Notes: generated by a model from the sequence alone, not told the origin. Numbered from the whole stretch's first letter, positions 39,601 to 53,472 are shown. The stretch is DNA of 63,339 nucleotides, filler included, from Choristocarpus tenellus KU-1152 (GCA_964200185.2; 11 parts of 11 records of this genome joined end to end with filler, not necessarily neighbours in it); one strand, 5' to 3'. Numbers and translations are program-made.

Positions 39601-41566
39601 AGATTGAACATGCAGTATACAACATCCAATCCCCACTGCACTCGAGGTTGTTCAAAGTTGAATGAGGAGGTGATTCTCCCTAAAGGCTACACTTGGCATG
39701 ATGATCGCCTTTGCCTATAGTCTATGCATCCAAAAACAAAAATTTCAGTCACACACACCCTCTTTAAGAATTTAAGTGATGTGTTCAGACGTCAGTTTTT
39801 CAATTCACTTGCAAAAGGTTGTCGACAAGGAGGAGTTTGCTTGCCTGTGCCTGGATCTTCGTCTGTTTTGTCTGCTTCTTGGAAACCTTCACCTCGTTCA
39901 AATTGTCCAGCTTGCGTTTCAGTTGCCTCATCTGGCAAAACGAGTTCAACACAATATCGTGATAAGAACCAGGGAGGGATGCAGAAATGGGTTTGAGTTG
40001 TAATGCATCTCAAATGGACTTAGAGACACAACAGTTGTACATGTGATGACAGAAAAGAGAAGACGAAAAACACTGTGCCGTCAGGCCACAGTGGACAGCA
40101 GTAGTCAGCAGATTACTTGTACCATCTCATTCTGACACAAAACTATGAAGATAAAAATCTGAAGTAAAGTGAGCACCAACTATTACCTGACACACTTAGG
40201 TATGATGAGGGTGACACGCAAGGTATGTTTGCCCACTAAATATCGTATCCTTGTCTATGCCCTCCCTGCAAACACTATTTCATTTTTTCTACAACCGAAG
40301 TCAATTCTTAACCATATTGGAAAATCACTACTATTGTGATATCTCATGAAATACCATTCCAGTCCATTTGATGGAATATCGTTCTGTACTTTGAAGTGTT
40401 CACAATAGGAACAGTCCCTCTACTGGAATCTGCTGCAACGACATCCCCGTTTCTCGATCATATGAAGGTCGTATGCGGTCAATCAATGCACAAATATCCA
40501 TGACACAACCCACAACTCTACCTTCCGAGGGGCATCGAGCATTTTCAGTACGGACAACATTTCGACCACTCCCAGCGAGGGAAGGAAACGATTGACGTGC
40601 AAGTGCTCCTGGTGGGCAGCCAGTGTGGCTACAACCCTGTTCGCGTGGCCGATTCAGAAGCGGTAGGAGTTGTCAGGAATAGGGCAGAGATAATTCAGGT
40701 TATACGCTTCATTTTGTTTTGGACCGACTTTCTCAGATATGTCCAATATCAGAATATTACAGATATAACCGAAAACCAAATCTCCAATACACTCTGCGAT
40801 TCGAAGTCCATCATCTCTTGACCCTGGCTTCTGCTCACCTTGCTAGATTGGCCGCTGACATGGAGAACCCAGCTCGTAACAACAAGTCGAGTGTTGCCAA
40901 ATAGCCGTCACGATCAGACATCAAGGCTTTCTGGCATGTCCATCATGAAAAAATGGAAAATATTGGGTTACGATTTGTATATTGTATGTGGCGCTGCGTC
41001 GCACACTCCAAATACCTAGAAAATAAAAAACCATTACTATCACTGATATATCTCCAACCTTGACTCAAGATTTCGCATGGTGGTTGATATTCTCCTCTGC
41101 AAAGGTACTCCTTTGGGGTCGGGGTGACAACTTGACAGCGAGAATACCTCGTGGTCAAGCAGTTGTGAGCCCGGTTCCAGGAAGAGCCACTGATGACCAC
41201 TTTCCTCGATATCTGAAAAGATCGGAGCCACTTCCCCCTTCTTTAGACCACACACCTGTCAGGTGGAGGATGGTCGACGTCTTTTTCCAACATGAGACAA
41301 AATAGGAAATAGGAATCGCTGACCTATCCATCTTGTAATCATTTCCTTGTGCATCCCTCTATCACCTATTCTCAATTCGCGCAAATACTTCTACATAAAT
41401 CAAACCACAAAAGGTTATTGATTTCCGTACTCACCTCACATTCCGGCATCATCGAGTGATTTCGCATATTACAGTTGGAGCATACCCACTGGTTGTCGTC
41501 CCAACCATCAGAATCGCTGTTATACGAGTCGTGGTAAGACCAGGGGTCATGTTCCATGGAATTCAT
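30684..41566 (-). CDS. Uncharacterised 620-aa protein: RanBP2-type zinc finger + helical region + vWA (MIDAS) domain + Pro-rich tail with WxxL motif; 17 exons: 41566-41435, 41255-41148, 40930-40839, 40636-40522, 39931-39845, 38968-38898, 38611-38500, 37860-37718, 37547-37481, 36755-36652, 35590-35515, 34765-34684, 34201-34060, 33848-33728, 32105-32046, 31845-31676, 30864-30684
   Basis: All phases are compatible, giving a 1863-nt open CDS. Motifs span junctions: WVCSNCNMRNHSMMPECE|VCG; VAVLGDASSS|MGVAIETATIIASLL (DxSxS); SGCTSPAAAL; DLFVCVSDEDEN; VFLVSFL; QFRLDGARPDLSK. The last exon is less certain, because read-through at 31675 gives an earlier stop. Confidence 0.85.
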
Positions 41567-41728
41567 GGATGGTGACCGCCTTCAACCAGGTCGGGTTATT
41601 GTCGTCGTCCACTTTTCCCTTGGGGATGAGATTATAGCACAGGTGTGAGTGGTTTCAACAGTGTGAAGATGGAAAATGTGGTTGTCTAGTCCAATAACCC
41701 TAACAATGTGTATTGTGGTCCAAAAATA

Positions 41729-41889
41729 TTACAATCTGATCAAGAAATATTGATTGATGATAGACCATTCAGACAGATCCACGAACAGTCGTTGGTACTT
41801 GTGGTTCATAAATAAATTACAATCTGATAGAGAAATATTGATTGATGATAGACCATTCAGACAGATCCACGAGCAGTCGTTGGTACTTC
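41729..41889. repeat. Tandem duplication (~88-bp period) just upstream of the vWA gene
   Basis: tacaatctgat..gaaatattgattgatgatagaccattcagacagatccacga.cagtcgttggtactt occurs twice. Confidence 0.9.
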
Positions 41890-44800
41890 TCCATCAATAC
41901 ACTTCCATATTATAAGTGAGAGTTTATGAAGTAAACTGAGTTTTGTGGGCGGGAGAATTCTGGTTGGCTGGGGGCACAGGACAAGAACGNNNNNNNNNNN
42001 NNNNNNNNNNNNNNNNNNNNNNNNNNNNNNNNNTTAATTAATTAANNNNNNNNNNNNNNNNNNNNNNNNNNNNNNNNNNNNNNNNNNNNAGAAGACCCAG
42101 GCTCGCAGGAAATGCCTGCCTCTCACGCACGCCTTGATAAATATACCACCAAGTAGGGCATAAATAGGAGTTTAGCATGTAAAATGCTTAACATTATATA
42201 TGATCTATTATGAAGTTTGTAGTAACATCTTACTTGGTAGAAGGTCAATGAAATCCTACCTGTTCGCATCGTAACAAGGTTTCAACACAAAATCCATTAC
42301 CGCTCTTGTTCTCGCCCAACCCGGACCCTCTGTCCTTCTTCCCCACCTTCCTCCAACTCACTAAAAGCTTCCCTACGCCCAGGCTTGTACCTGTGAAGGT
42401 AATTTCTTGGGTTATTGTTTTTCTCTAGATTGGGCATTCTGCTCCCCCTATGTTATCTAGATATAAAGAAGCGCCAGATGTTAACCCTCAACAAAGCGGG
42501 ATTCATTGTTGCCCACTCCTTCATACAATGCACGTTCTCCTACTTACAGCTGATGGTGCAAGTAATATGACAGATATATATAGCGGCTACGGTTTCTCTT
42601 GAGTCATCATGCTGCACGTTTGAAAAATGTACCTTTTTGATATTGTTACCATCAAAATTGCGCGAGAGATCTTCCTCCTCGTTTTTCCCATTATACGACC
42701 AAGGCATAGGTCCCGTTCACCGAAGTTGGTACTTCTGTGGATAAAAACCTTCCAAACCTCTTGTCATAAGCCTTCATTATATATATTGTTGTATATCTCT
42801 TGTGGCAATACAATGAAACAAGCAAGATTGCTCCAGATTGTACCACTTTATGATATGGACGCTTCTACTTGCCCTGGTATTTGGGACAGATATATCAGAC
42901 TATTATTTGCCTCTCCTTGCAGTTCTGTTCGTTTGGAGTTTGTCAGGGAGAGGGAGGATCCAAATTGATGCTAGTCGCAATGGCTCACCACTGACTAGAA
43001 GATATCGTTTTGTCTTTTTCTTGCTGCAAGGTGTTTGCGTGATGTTGGATAACAGTAGGATGGGAGATGGATCCTGCCCAATATCCAGGTATCATCTGAT
43101 CTGTGCCTCTTCCTGTGCAGAGGACCAAACGGGATCTATCATCAATGCTTTTCTTCAAGAGGTCGTTGAATACTCATTTATTTCTGTTTTGTGGTATAAA
43201 GGGTTCCTCAATACTACTCCGGTGCAGGAACTATCGTAGGTTCTTAGCGCTATACAACAGCAGAGCCATCAGCCATAGTGGACATTATTCGTGTTCTTTG
43301 GACACATCGTTATTTGCTACGACAGGATGATTGTTGGGTGTTCAAACAGGTAGAGTCAAGGGACAGAACGGCTGCTTGTGGGTAAACTATAAAAATCGTC
43401 ACTGAATTGGCACTATCCGAAGTATAACTAGTATGTTTACAAAGGGGTTATCAAGTTGAGGAAAGGGGATCTCGAAAATTTGGCTATGGATAGTTCGCAT
43501 CATAGAACATCACTGAAGCAGGCAACAGTGGTGGAGTGGAACCAGTTTTAAGTGCGATGGAACAGCCACCAACACTAGGAAAGGCTTTCTTCGTCAATCA
43601 GATGTGGACGTGTTATGTTTGGCCATTTTGCCCTGCTTGAGGCGTTGGTCTTCCCCAAGGCCCTCCCCCTTGCGATTGGATCCCCCTTAGCCTCATTATC
43701 CATAACAAACTGGTTGTCGACAGTTTTGCCCCACCAATTACTCGATCGCTTGCTCATTCAACGTAACCCCACCAACAATGGCTCATTGCCGAGGACTGGC
43801 GAAAAATGGAAGGGGAGCTCTTGCTTCGCTGACAAGTTGGTTTGTAATTCTGGGTCGATACAAGGAATTGTTGTTGTGGCCAGGGAGGTGAGAATGTTGA
43901 TTGGTTGAGCACCATCAGTCCCGTCCCAAACCAGTAGTTCACTAACTTCAAGCTTGACACCCAATGCTACAAAAGGCCCCATCTGACATGCTATATTGGA
44001 ATGCTGGAGCATGCATGCGACACCCAACATGACTTCTGTGTAACAACTGTGACTGTGAAGCACTACCACGAATTCCCACCCTCATCCTAAAGTACTCTGG
44101 TTTCTACTACAGCTGGGATTCCAATCTGCTTCTAGAATGTGACCCGCGCCATATTTGGTTGGATTTTAGCTTTGTCCTTGAGTCGTGCATGCCTATGCCG
44201 TCATAGAGTAAAAGAGAAAGGAACCTCCAGAATCCTCAGTTGACTCCATTAACTACTCATCGATTTTGATCTTGTAACCACTCCTTCCGTGTTATCCTCA
44301 AAACAGTTCATAAAAAGAACCAAGGGGTGCGATGTGATTATCTCCTTCACATCAAGCTACTACAGTGTTGCTTGCCCTCTTTGCTAGAGTTTTGACCAAC
44401 GTACTTTGTATATCATAGAGGAAGAGTCCAACTATTAAAATGAAACCAGGCTGACTTATTCAGATATTTGTTTTCTAGTCATTGTCGGACAAAAATAAAT
44501 TGGAAGGCAACTGTTTCGAAAATAGTTGCCAAATAAATGGTCCTGTCTCCCCGAACACTGAACCTGTCCAGTGAGTGCGAGGCAATACAACCTGAAGAAT
44601 TTTAACAAATTCTTGGATATGAGACCATGCACGAACACAACTCACCGCACTTTTTGAATAAATAAAAAACAAGAGAAATTTCCAATAAGAAAAAGAGTCC
44701 GTTCTCCCATACAAATATATGTTTGTACAAAATATAAACCACTCACTTCCTCCAAATATCAATTTCATGGCAGAGGGTCAGTACGGTGTTGGGGAGTGAC

Positions 44801-45494
44801 AGGGCAGCAGGGCTCCAGTCATCTAGTTCCCTTGGCAAAGAGTGTGGGGGAGGTGAGATGATGGGTGTGTTAACGGAAGGCTTTACTGTGTTGGTCTGGA
44901 CCTGTCTGTGTGGAGCTCGAAGGTGAGAAGGAATGTGTGGAGAGAAGGAGAGATAAATCGGGTTGAGAACGGGCATCCGCCTATGATTCCTGGTAATCCC
45001 AGAGGCTAGGCTTAACAATCAAAGAGCTGCATGTGTGCTGCACAAGGTGAACATCGTTAAACGGAAGGAGATTGTGTTGGTGGAAATCACTGAACTATAT
45101 GGTAAGTACTCTGAGTAGTATAGAGTTTAAAGACTGAAAGCTGATTCACACCATAAACAACTGAGGGCAGGCTGTATAGAGCTCTATGTTTGTGACCCAA
45201 AGTATCTGGGAGGGGGNNNNNNNNNNNNNNNNNNNNNNNNNNNNNNNNNNNNNNNNNNNNTTAATTAATTAANNNNNNNNNNNNNNNNNNNNNNNNNNNN
45301 NNNNNNNNNNNNNNNNTATCCCAGTCAATTTTGGGTCAAGCCCATCCTCAATGAAAAGCTCCATCCTCAATTTTTGAAATCGGCTGTTCTCATCGGACTA
45401 ACCCCTACTGCTTCAATTTCCCACATACAAAATCAACTCTCACAATCACAAACGTATGAAAAATATACTCGGTAATTTTTTACCAATCAAATAC

Positions 45495-45866
45495 ACAACC
45501 AACCATCCATCCCCTCTTCTATATAATATACTTTTTTATATTATGTTTTTTTTGTATTCAATATACTCGAGTATTATTTGTCTATCAATTTGACCGCACC
45601 ATTTCTTTGTCAACATAAATAAACAAACAACCACTCTCCTCTTCTATATATACTTTTATATATTATGTTTTTTTTGTATTCAATATACTCGAGTATTATT
45701 TGTCTACCAATTTGACCGCACCATTTCTTTGTCAACATAAATAAACAAACAACCACTCTCCTCTTCTATATATACGTTTTTTTATTATGTATTTTTTTGT
45801 ATTCAATATACTCGAGTATTATTTGTCTACCAATTTGACCGCACCATTTTTTTCAACTTAAACAAA
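45495..45866. repeat. Tandem array of ~123-bp AT-rich units (3 copies)
   Basis: ttgtattcaatatactcgagtattatttgtcta.caatttgaccgcaccattt repeated three times. Confidence 0.92.
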
Positions 45867-48800
45867 CCGAGGTCAACAACACCATAACATTACCTTTGTC
45901 CACTACAGAACACACAGGTCAACCAAGGTTACGACGGGTACCGATCAGTTTTGTACGGGACGTCACAAGGAGCCACACAAGTAGGCAAAGATCAAGTGGT
46001 GCATCCAAGGTCCTCTCGAACTCTCCTAGCTCCGTCCTTGGAGTAAGTGGTAGGTAGTAGAACAACTCCTGTAGTCAAGTCGGTATATCCAAGACAGAGA
46101 CGATGTTCTTCAGCAGGAGACGCAGTTGGTACCGACGACACCATTTGGCTCGGCGTTCAGGACATCCTAGACGTGGGAAATCGACAATTGACCTCTCCGA
46201 TGAAGCCCCGAAACCGATCGAGAGTGGGGAACTGCAATTGCGGTTCAACGCGTTTAGGATGCTGGTGTCAATGCTAGTGGACGTTTTTAGGGGAATATCC
46301 AGGAAAAATGTAAGTCGAGAGGGTGGCACGTTACCCTCGCCGACACAACAAGCCCGACCCCTTTCATTCTCATAGTGAGCTTAGAAGGAAGAGATAAAAC
46401 ATGGGATTAATAGATTTGTTACCCAACAAGAAATTAGGTTCTGCCGAGGTATGGGACCATACCAAATACGCACCATCCCCACCTTGCTTTGAGGAAGCTG
46501 CACACTGCGATCCCACCCTATCTAATCGCACTGTTTCTCTTCACCTCGCCTCTTGAATGCCGTTGACTTCGTTCCTGACCTTCTTTTCTTCTTCCGACAC
46601 TGTTACATTCTCGCCTGGATTCTGGGCTGTCTTGGACCTCGTTCCGCATCTGCATATCCTTCGCCCGCGTACACCTAGCCCCAGACCCTCGCCGACGGTG
46701 GGGTGGTAAGGCAAACTGGTGGATGCGACGGAGATATCCTCCACCAGGTAGTGTGCAGTGAGCAGCGCATTTCTAAAAAATGCTTCCCTCCTCTCCCGAC
46801 CTTTGTCTATAGATGTGCTTCTTGTTGGTCGACCGATACAAAGCAGGCACAACCGATTCTTGACAAGCCCTCGAACAACTCCCGAATAACCTTTCCTCAC
46901 ACCAACGCAGATGACTGACGAGTGCGTGCCACCGCAGCCCTGCCACAAAATGGAGCCGAGATCGAGGCATTTGGATCTGTTAGTTAATAAGCGAGCAGCA
47001 ATAGTGGGGGCGAGGAAGTCCCTCAGTAGTATCATTGAAGTCGCATCGAGCGAAGAACTCTCTCTGTCGATGCTCTTAAGGGTGATAAAGTTTCGTGCGT
47101 CCGCCCTCAAGGCAAGTCCCACCATATTCAACGGGAGGCCTGGCACTGATGAGGTGGCCCAAACTGTACTGGAGCTATTGGCAATCATTGCCAAGAGAGT
47201 CGACGGTCAGATAATGTGAGACCAACTCTCCTTCGACAAGCGCCCACAGGATTACTTTTTTTACATTTCTGTCGACGCTTCGAGTGTATTTCCAGTTAGA
47301 AGTGTCTTCTGGCCTTACAAAATCGAAGGAGACAGGCTGCTCTCTACTATTAATATTTGTATATAGATCAATTAATAGTACCGTATCACATCGATGGAAA
47401 CCTCGTATCGCAGGCAGGAAACCGAAATCCCCTGAATGGTACACACACAGCTTGAATTAGTACAATAATACAGTTAATATACACTCTGATTATCACACAC
47501 AGTAGAGCTCCACCCTTTCGAAGAATGACGTCAGTGTTCCGAGCATGTACTTCCACCTGTCACCTACTCCGATGCATTTTAGCTTGGAAATACAGAGATA
47601 CCTGAAGTCGACACCTCCTTGAACATGTGAAGAAAGATACGCTGTTGGCGCCCAAGATGAGGTCAGCGACTCATGGAAGGCTGTCAAGGGGAAGAAAGGG
47701 CTGGTAATCATACTGTGTATAGAGCTCCATGTGTTTACTACATCTTTCATGCTGGATCTTTGATCACACTATATATATTTACATACATATATATTTGTGT
47801 CTGAGTGTGGTATCCAGTAGTAGTCCTACTTTGAACTGTACATCCAACAGTGGTGGAGAAATTGTTGTTGTTGTAGCGTTTGGAGTTGGTGAAGTTTGTT
47901 TTTTGTTTGTCCGCCGAATCGTGTCGTCACCACTCTGGTGTAACGATTCATATTGTGCATATATAGCCACTAATTCGAGATCAAAGTAAGCTCGACAGGT
48001 GCATATTCTGTTCCTACAATGGTCACCTACGGTACGATTTGATTCCCTTAAGCGTTCTGCACTATCTTACAGCACAAACCATACCACCTTGCATCCCATG
48101 TTGTCTTTCAGGCGAACGGATAATGTGGTGGTCTCTGAGGATACCCAGAAGGTTGCTGTCCGATACATCTTGAAGACAGTATCAAGAACCCTCCGATCCC
48201 TGCAGGACTTGGGTTGTGAGGCCAACAGCAAACCAGATAACGTGAGGCATATTCTGCTCTTGCTGTACCACTCCATGTTATTGACAGAAGAAAGAAGCGC
48301 ACTTCCCTACCTCGATCCCACCAGAGATGCTGTTTCTTATACAGTTTAGTTCATATCATCCAGTCACATACTGAGGGGCGTATTGAGTACATATATTACA
48401 CCCTCTCACTATGCTTTTACGATTAGTAACAAATCTCTGTTGAATCTCGTCATCTCGCACCACCAGAACCAGTCCAAGGCTGTTGTACTGGTCAAGAGTC
48501 CACAGGTGATGATTCCCAACCACCTCAAGAGGAGAGGCAGTGAGAGCCTGTCCGCACGACGGAATACTCGATTGAGTTCAGGTCCTGGCCTTGCCTCTCC
48601 GTCCATCTGTGGCGACCAGGTCGCTTGGGTCGATCGGTATCGGCCCAGGGCTGATAATCTCAAACCACGTGATAGTCACTTGAAAGGGAGCATGTTGGTG
48701 AAAGGGGGGTAGTGGTGGATGTGATTTTTGTTGATGATGTTGGTGAGTGAACAAATGACAGCTACCTGTGCGCGTGGGCGTCATCCCTGACCTTTTCTTG

Positions 48801-49944
48801 TAAACTGTGGATGTACTTGCTATTGGCGTGCGGTCTTGCAGAGTGCTACTACTCCGGACAGAGAATATCTACCTGACTGCCAATATATATTCTTCAATAT
48901 CTAGACAGGGAGGCCATTTGACTTGAACGGATCAAGCTATAGTAGTGGTTGCCTAGAATGGTATGGTATGCACTACTGATGTGCCATTTTGGATTAGGGT
49001 TAGGGTACTTCCGGTGCTCATAACTATCAATAAACATGCTCCGAATTGTTGTGGTGTTGGTGTGTAGGGAGGGGACTGGAGCAGCACCAAATCACTTTTA
49101 ACAGCTTTCCTTGGGGGAAGAGACGAGTGTAGTGGTGCCCCAGGACTTGCTGCGTGTCGTGTTACGAGAGCACTCAGAAATTGCTCTTTGGTGTGTTCCC
49201 TGGACAAAATATCATGAATACAGAACGACAACAATGTTTTCGCTGTATACTGTAGGGAGGTTGGGACCCTGTCACGAAGAGGTGGTGCAAGGAGATGGTG
49301 CATCCTACCGTGAAACATGTTAATGGCTAGAACTGCTCCAACATTCGTATTTCTTCAGGAATCGTTTTGTGTATCATACAATGTTTTGAAGCAATAATTA
49401 ATTGTTGTTGTGAAACAAAACAATTAATGGTGAGTGGGATACTTTTTTTGTCAGCCCAATAAAAGGATTCGATCGAATCAACTCAATCGGATCGAAGCTT
49501 CCTCTGGTTGTTGACTTGTCCCGCCAGAGGCTCGAGAATGTCGACATACACTCATTTGTGTGCCCTTCTCCAGTACGACAAACACCATCTCTTGCCATAT
49601 CTGAGGCAGAATAACATATTGACTGCTTACCATATTGTATGTTTTGCTCAAGAAAGACCGAAGAATCTGCATGAGACTAAGAGGGGTTAACAAGAGGAAA
49701 AGTGGAATTTATTTAGAAACTAAATACTGCTGTACTTTGTTAGTACTCTCACTACATGTCCACCAATATTCTTGAGACGCCAGTGCAATTGTAGAGGACA
49801 GAAGGTACCAAAACAATAACACGCACAATGAACACCACAACAACCAACGGCAGAGTCTCTATCATTGCTTACAACTCAAAGCTATCATGCAACAAGGAAC
49901 AGAAGACCGTTCGTTCTTCATGCAACAAGTACAACTATTTGAGC

Positions 49945-49983
49945 ACAGCAACAGCAACAGCAACAGCAGTAGCAGTAGCAGCC
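49945..49983. repeat. (CAGCAA)n/(CAGTAG)n microsatellite
   Basis: Directly visible. Confidence 0.85.
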
Positions 49984-52471
49984 TATATTTTATGATAACA
50001 CCAATTGAAGTAATTTGAAGCAAGGAACAAATTATACAGTGAGCTGCACTTTGGACTACTGCCACTATGACTCTTGAATCTAGAAGAATGAAAGACGTAG
50101 ACGTAGGTTCAGTAAATACTCTACTGCTGCTATAACTGGGTTCCCTCACTCTCCGAGTGGAAGCTGCCTTCTTGGCATCACCGGCAGCCCGCTACGACTC
50201 CGCATCCATTCAGTCAGTCAGATCCTGCGAAAGTAGACAAGGAGTTGCTAATTGTCGACACCCAGTCTACTTCTCTTGCCAGTTGTTCCAATACTCCCAG
50301 ATGATGAGAACATTCACTCTCATAAGCTCTGCCGGATGAGAGTAATGAGCAAAGCGCTCCTGAGTCAAACCAACTAGAGAGGTGGCAAGTTTGGACCCTT
50401 TTGCATCCCAAGCCATCTCTCTAACCCTGTGCAATACCTCTATTTCATTACTTGATGTGCGCAATAGTGTACGCAAAAATTGACACTCCCCCTTTCCACA
50501 CCCAAATTGACACCACGATTAAACAAATGCTCTTTCTGCAATCGTACAGAACAATGTTCTTGTTGGCCTCCTCTCGGGATCCTTAACGTGCAACATTGCC
50601 TACCTCTCAATTGGTTTGGCTCTCCTGGCAAGTTTGGTCAAGTGTGGAAAGTAAGAGGAAGGCTTTCTCATGCTTACTTGGGCAGGACTTTACCGCCTCG
50701 ATCACCACATACTGTAAGGCATGTGCCCAGTAGCTTGGAGATATCAATTCCCACTTGAGCGTCTTGTTGGATGCTCTAGTCGTGAGCTAAAGTAATTGAG
50801 AGGTGGACAGGTTTGTGCCCTTTTGCAATCTAGGCCATCTTTCTTACCTTGTGCAATACACCTTATTGCATGGCTATATGTGTGCAATAATATCGTTATT
50901 CCCCCTTTCCAGAGACACAAAGTGGCATCAACATTCACCAAAGTCTCTTTCTGAAATTGTACAAAAATGGCGTATTTTTGCCTTTTTCGTGATCCTTAGA
51001 ATGATTGTAACCTTCCCTATATCTCAATTACTCTTGGCTCAGTGCAGTGTGGTGAACGGTACCCTCATTTTCTTTCTGTGTTTGTGACTCCCCCTGCTCA
51101 GGATAACAGAAAACTACCAAAATGAACCAACTACGATTGTAATACGGACTACTCCCCCATTGAATGAATGGGGTCGATCAATTAATGACGATTCACAAAC
51201 ACTTACAGTAGTACCTAGCAGTAATTGTGTACTCAACAACCCGCATCCATGACAATAATAGAACACAAAGACATGATTATATACATGATCGTCAGAATGA
51301 TGTATGCCGGACTGTCTTAGGTTGGATGCACAGCCAAATCTGGAATAACCTGCGATTTCTGTGTAGAAAGAGATGGGAGGTGAGCGGGAAGGTAAAACGG
51401 CATCAAATGATCGCTTACGTTACAATACCTCTATTATGTCATGTCATTATTCTTCTCGTGTCTCTTTCATTGTGTCGTGCAGTCAGTTGTGGTGGAGCCA
51501 AAAACATTACGCCAGCTTTATTACTGGTACTTTGTTTGGATGGTGAGCGTTGTGGTCATGTTGATTCATGATATAGCAAGTACAAAAATCCCTACAAACT
51601 CTTGTAACAGAAACTACCAGAGAGTTGGTTAAGGACGACCTAACGTTCATACTTCTTCCAAGGATCTGTATCATATTGATTACACTAGGTAACTTATTTT
51701 AACAAGATGTTTTTATACAGTATAGAATGAACGCATGCTTGCAATTTGTGTGTACCTACTGAAGGAAATTTTCCTATCATAAAATGCCAGAATGATATTT
51801 TTTGCTTAGAATTTCTCCGGACGATTAGTTTACCGTATCAACTGAGCAGGTCAGGCCCTCAGGCAGTTGCACAACCTGGCCCAGGACACTGTTTGGTCAC
51901 ACTCTCTGACAGCCTTAAACGGACCCTTTTTTACAACATATTATACTGTTGGTAGTCCTTTAATGGTAATTCTATTGAAGGCGAGTCAATCAAGACAGCA
52001 ACCTATTTTGAGTTGGCATAATTATTGGTTTGGACTTTGTTCTATAGGCCGTGTTTTGGGTGATGTTGGACAGGTGTATATTCCTTGAGTTGGACAGACA
52101 TGGCTGTTTAGGGTAGTTTCAACTCCATTTGTGGTCACATATTAACGAACTATGTGATACCTGTTGATTACTTTGATCATGCCGTGTGGAGCAAATAATC
52201 TCTGTTTCATTTCTATCATTACTTCTGAGGCTTCACGCTTCACTAGGTGTAAATGTTGTTACGGACACGAACTCCATGAAGTTTGTTGCATGGTTCATCC
52301 GAATGGGATTGGTGACATGGAAGAGACTGCGCTTTGACTGGGACACTCTCATTGAGTATATTCCTGAACAGAAGAGGAGTGACGAGGGACTTAATAAACA
52401 TGAGCTCTTCGTCCTGTTGATGACTTCTTCTCCACCAAATGGGAATGACCTTATCATCGATAGCTGCTTGA

Positions 52472-52694
52472 GAGTCAAAGTATCTTAGAGGGCAGAGTCA
52501 CATCCCCCAATGTTGAAAGTTTGACATAATTTTGGCTATCGTGTTTGTTAGGAAGGGTCAAATCCTTGTTCCAGACATACCTTTTCATAACATAGACATT
52601 TTACTACTGCAAGATGTCCTAAAAACCCCGTGGGAACCCAAACCTCAAATGTACAAACAGGGAAAAACTCCTATCCTCTAAGATACTTTTACTC
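52472..52694 (-). mobile_element. MITE family A copy (internally shortened)
   Basis: gagtcaaagtatcttagaggg ... cctctaagatacttttactc; flanks ttga/tcga. Confidence 0.85.
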
Positions 52695-53394
52695 TCGATC
52701 TTGAGATCATGATTGGTGACCTCTTGACCAACAACAGCACCACTAGGGCTCAAGAATGACAGCTAGAATAGCAGGAGGATGCAGTCAAGGCCTTGGTGGA
52801 GGACCTCCAGGACAAGTTAGTAATGGAGTTAGTTTGTATTATAAGAACTGCGAGTAAGTTTGACGACGAAGGGGTTGAATTGTCAGGAAACGAGGGCAAG
52901 ACGTAGGATGGTGATAGTGATGATTTTGATGGCTGAGGAAGGGAGACTCTTCTTCTACCTCCATTTGTTGAAGTGGCACCACATTTTCTTGAATTGGAGG
53001 CGAAGGTGAAAGAGTGGATTAGATCGGGCCTGGACATTGCTGCATGAGGCGAGAATGTAGTTCCTGAGTGACTTTGCTTCGAGACCCTCAATACATACTG
53101 ATGGTTGTTGTAATATATGGTTCTATTCTCAGCATACAAAATGTCATTACAGGGACAGAGGGTCATCCCTAAGCAAGCAATAATGCAATGAATATGTGGG
53201 GACCACTCTTGATTTAAAACAATGGGCATTTTTTGAGCCAATACATCTCATTTCGAAACTGTCCACTTTATGGCACGTGTGGCCCCAAACAGTAAAACTC
53301 GCGTTGGCATTGACATTTACCAATACACATAAGACGAGATAGTCAATAAGGCAACCCAATTTGGGTTGGTACACTGTCAGGTTAAAAGAGATCA

Positions 53395-53472
53395 GGGTCA
53401 AAGTATCTGGGGGGGTGGTGTCAGCGTCCGTTTTTCACCCTTTTTTCGATTTTCACTTTTTTGGTGTGAGAT
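53395..53472. mobile_element. MITE family B, partial copy at contig end
   Basis: Near-identical to 21019-21095. Confidence 0.75.

Noticed and set aside
46541-47219. Overlapping ORFs of 217 and 102 aa
   Set aside because: No recognisable motif and no splice-consistent model; probably decayed TE sequence.
52415-52720. PPN...HR*LLDLEI, resembling the PPN-x-T-x3-QPLD motif of pogo-type DDE transposases, split by a MITE
   Set aside because: Too degraded (frameshift and stop) to call as a feature without a translated HMM search.
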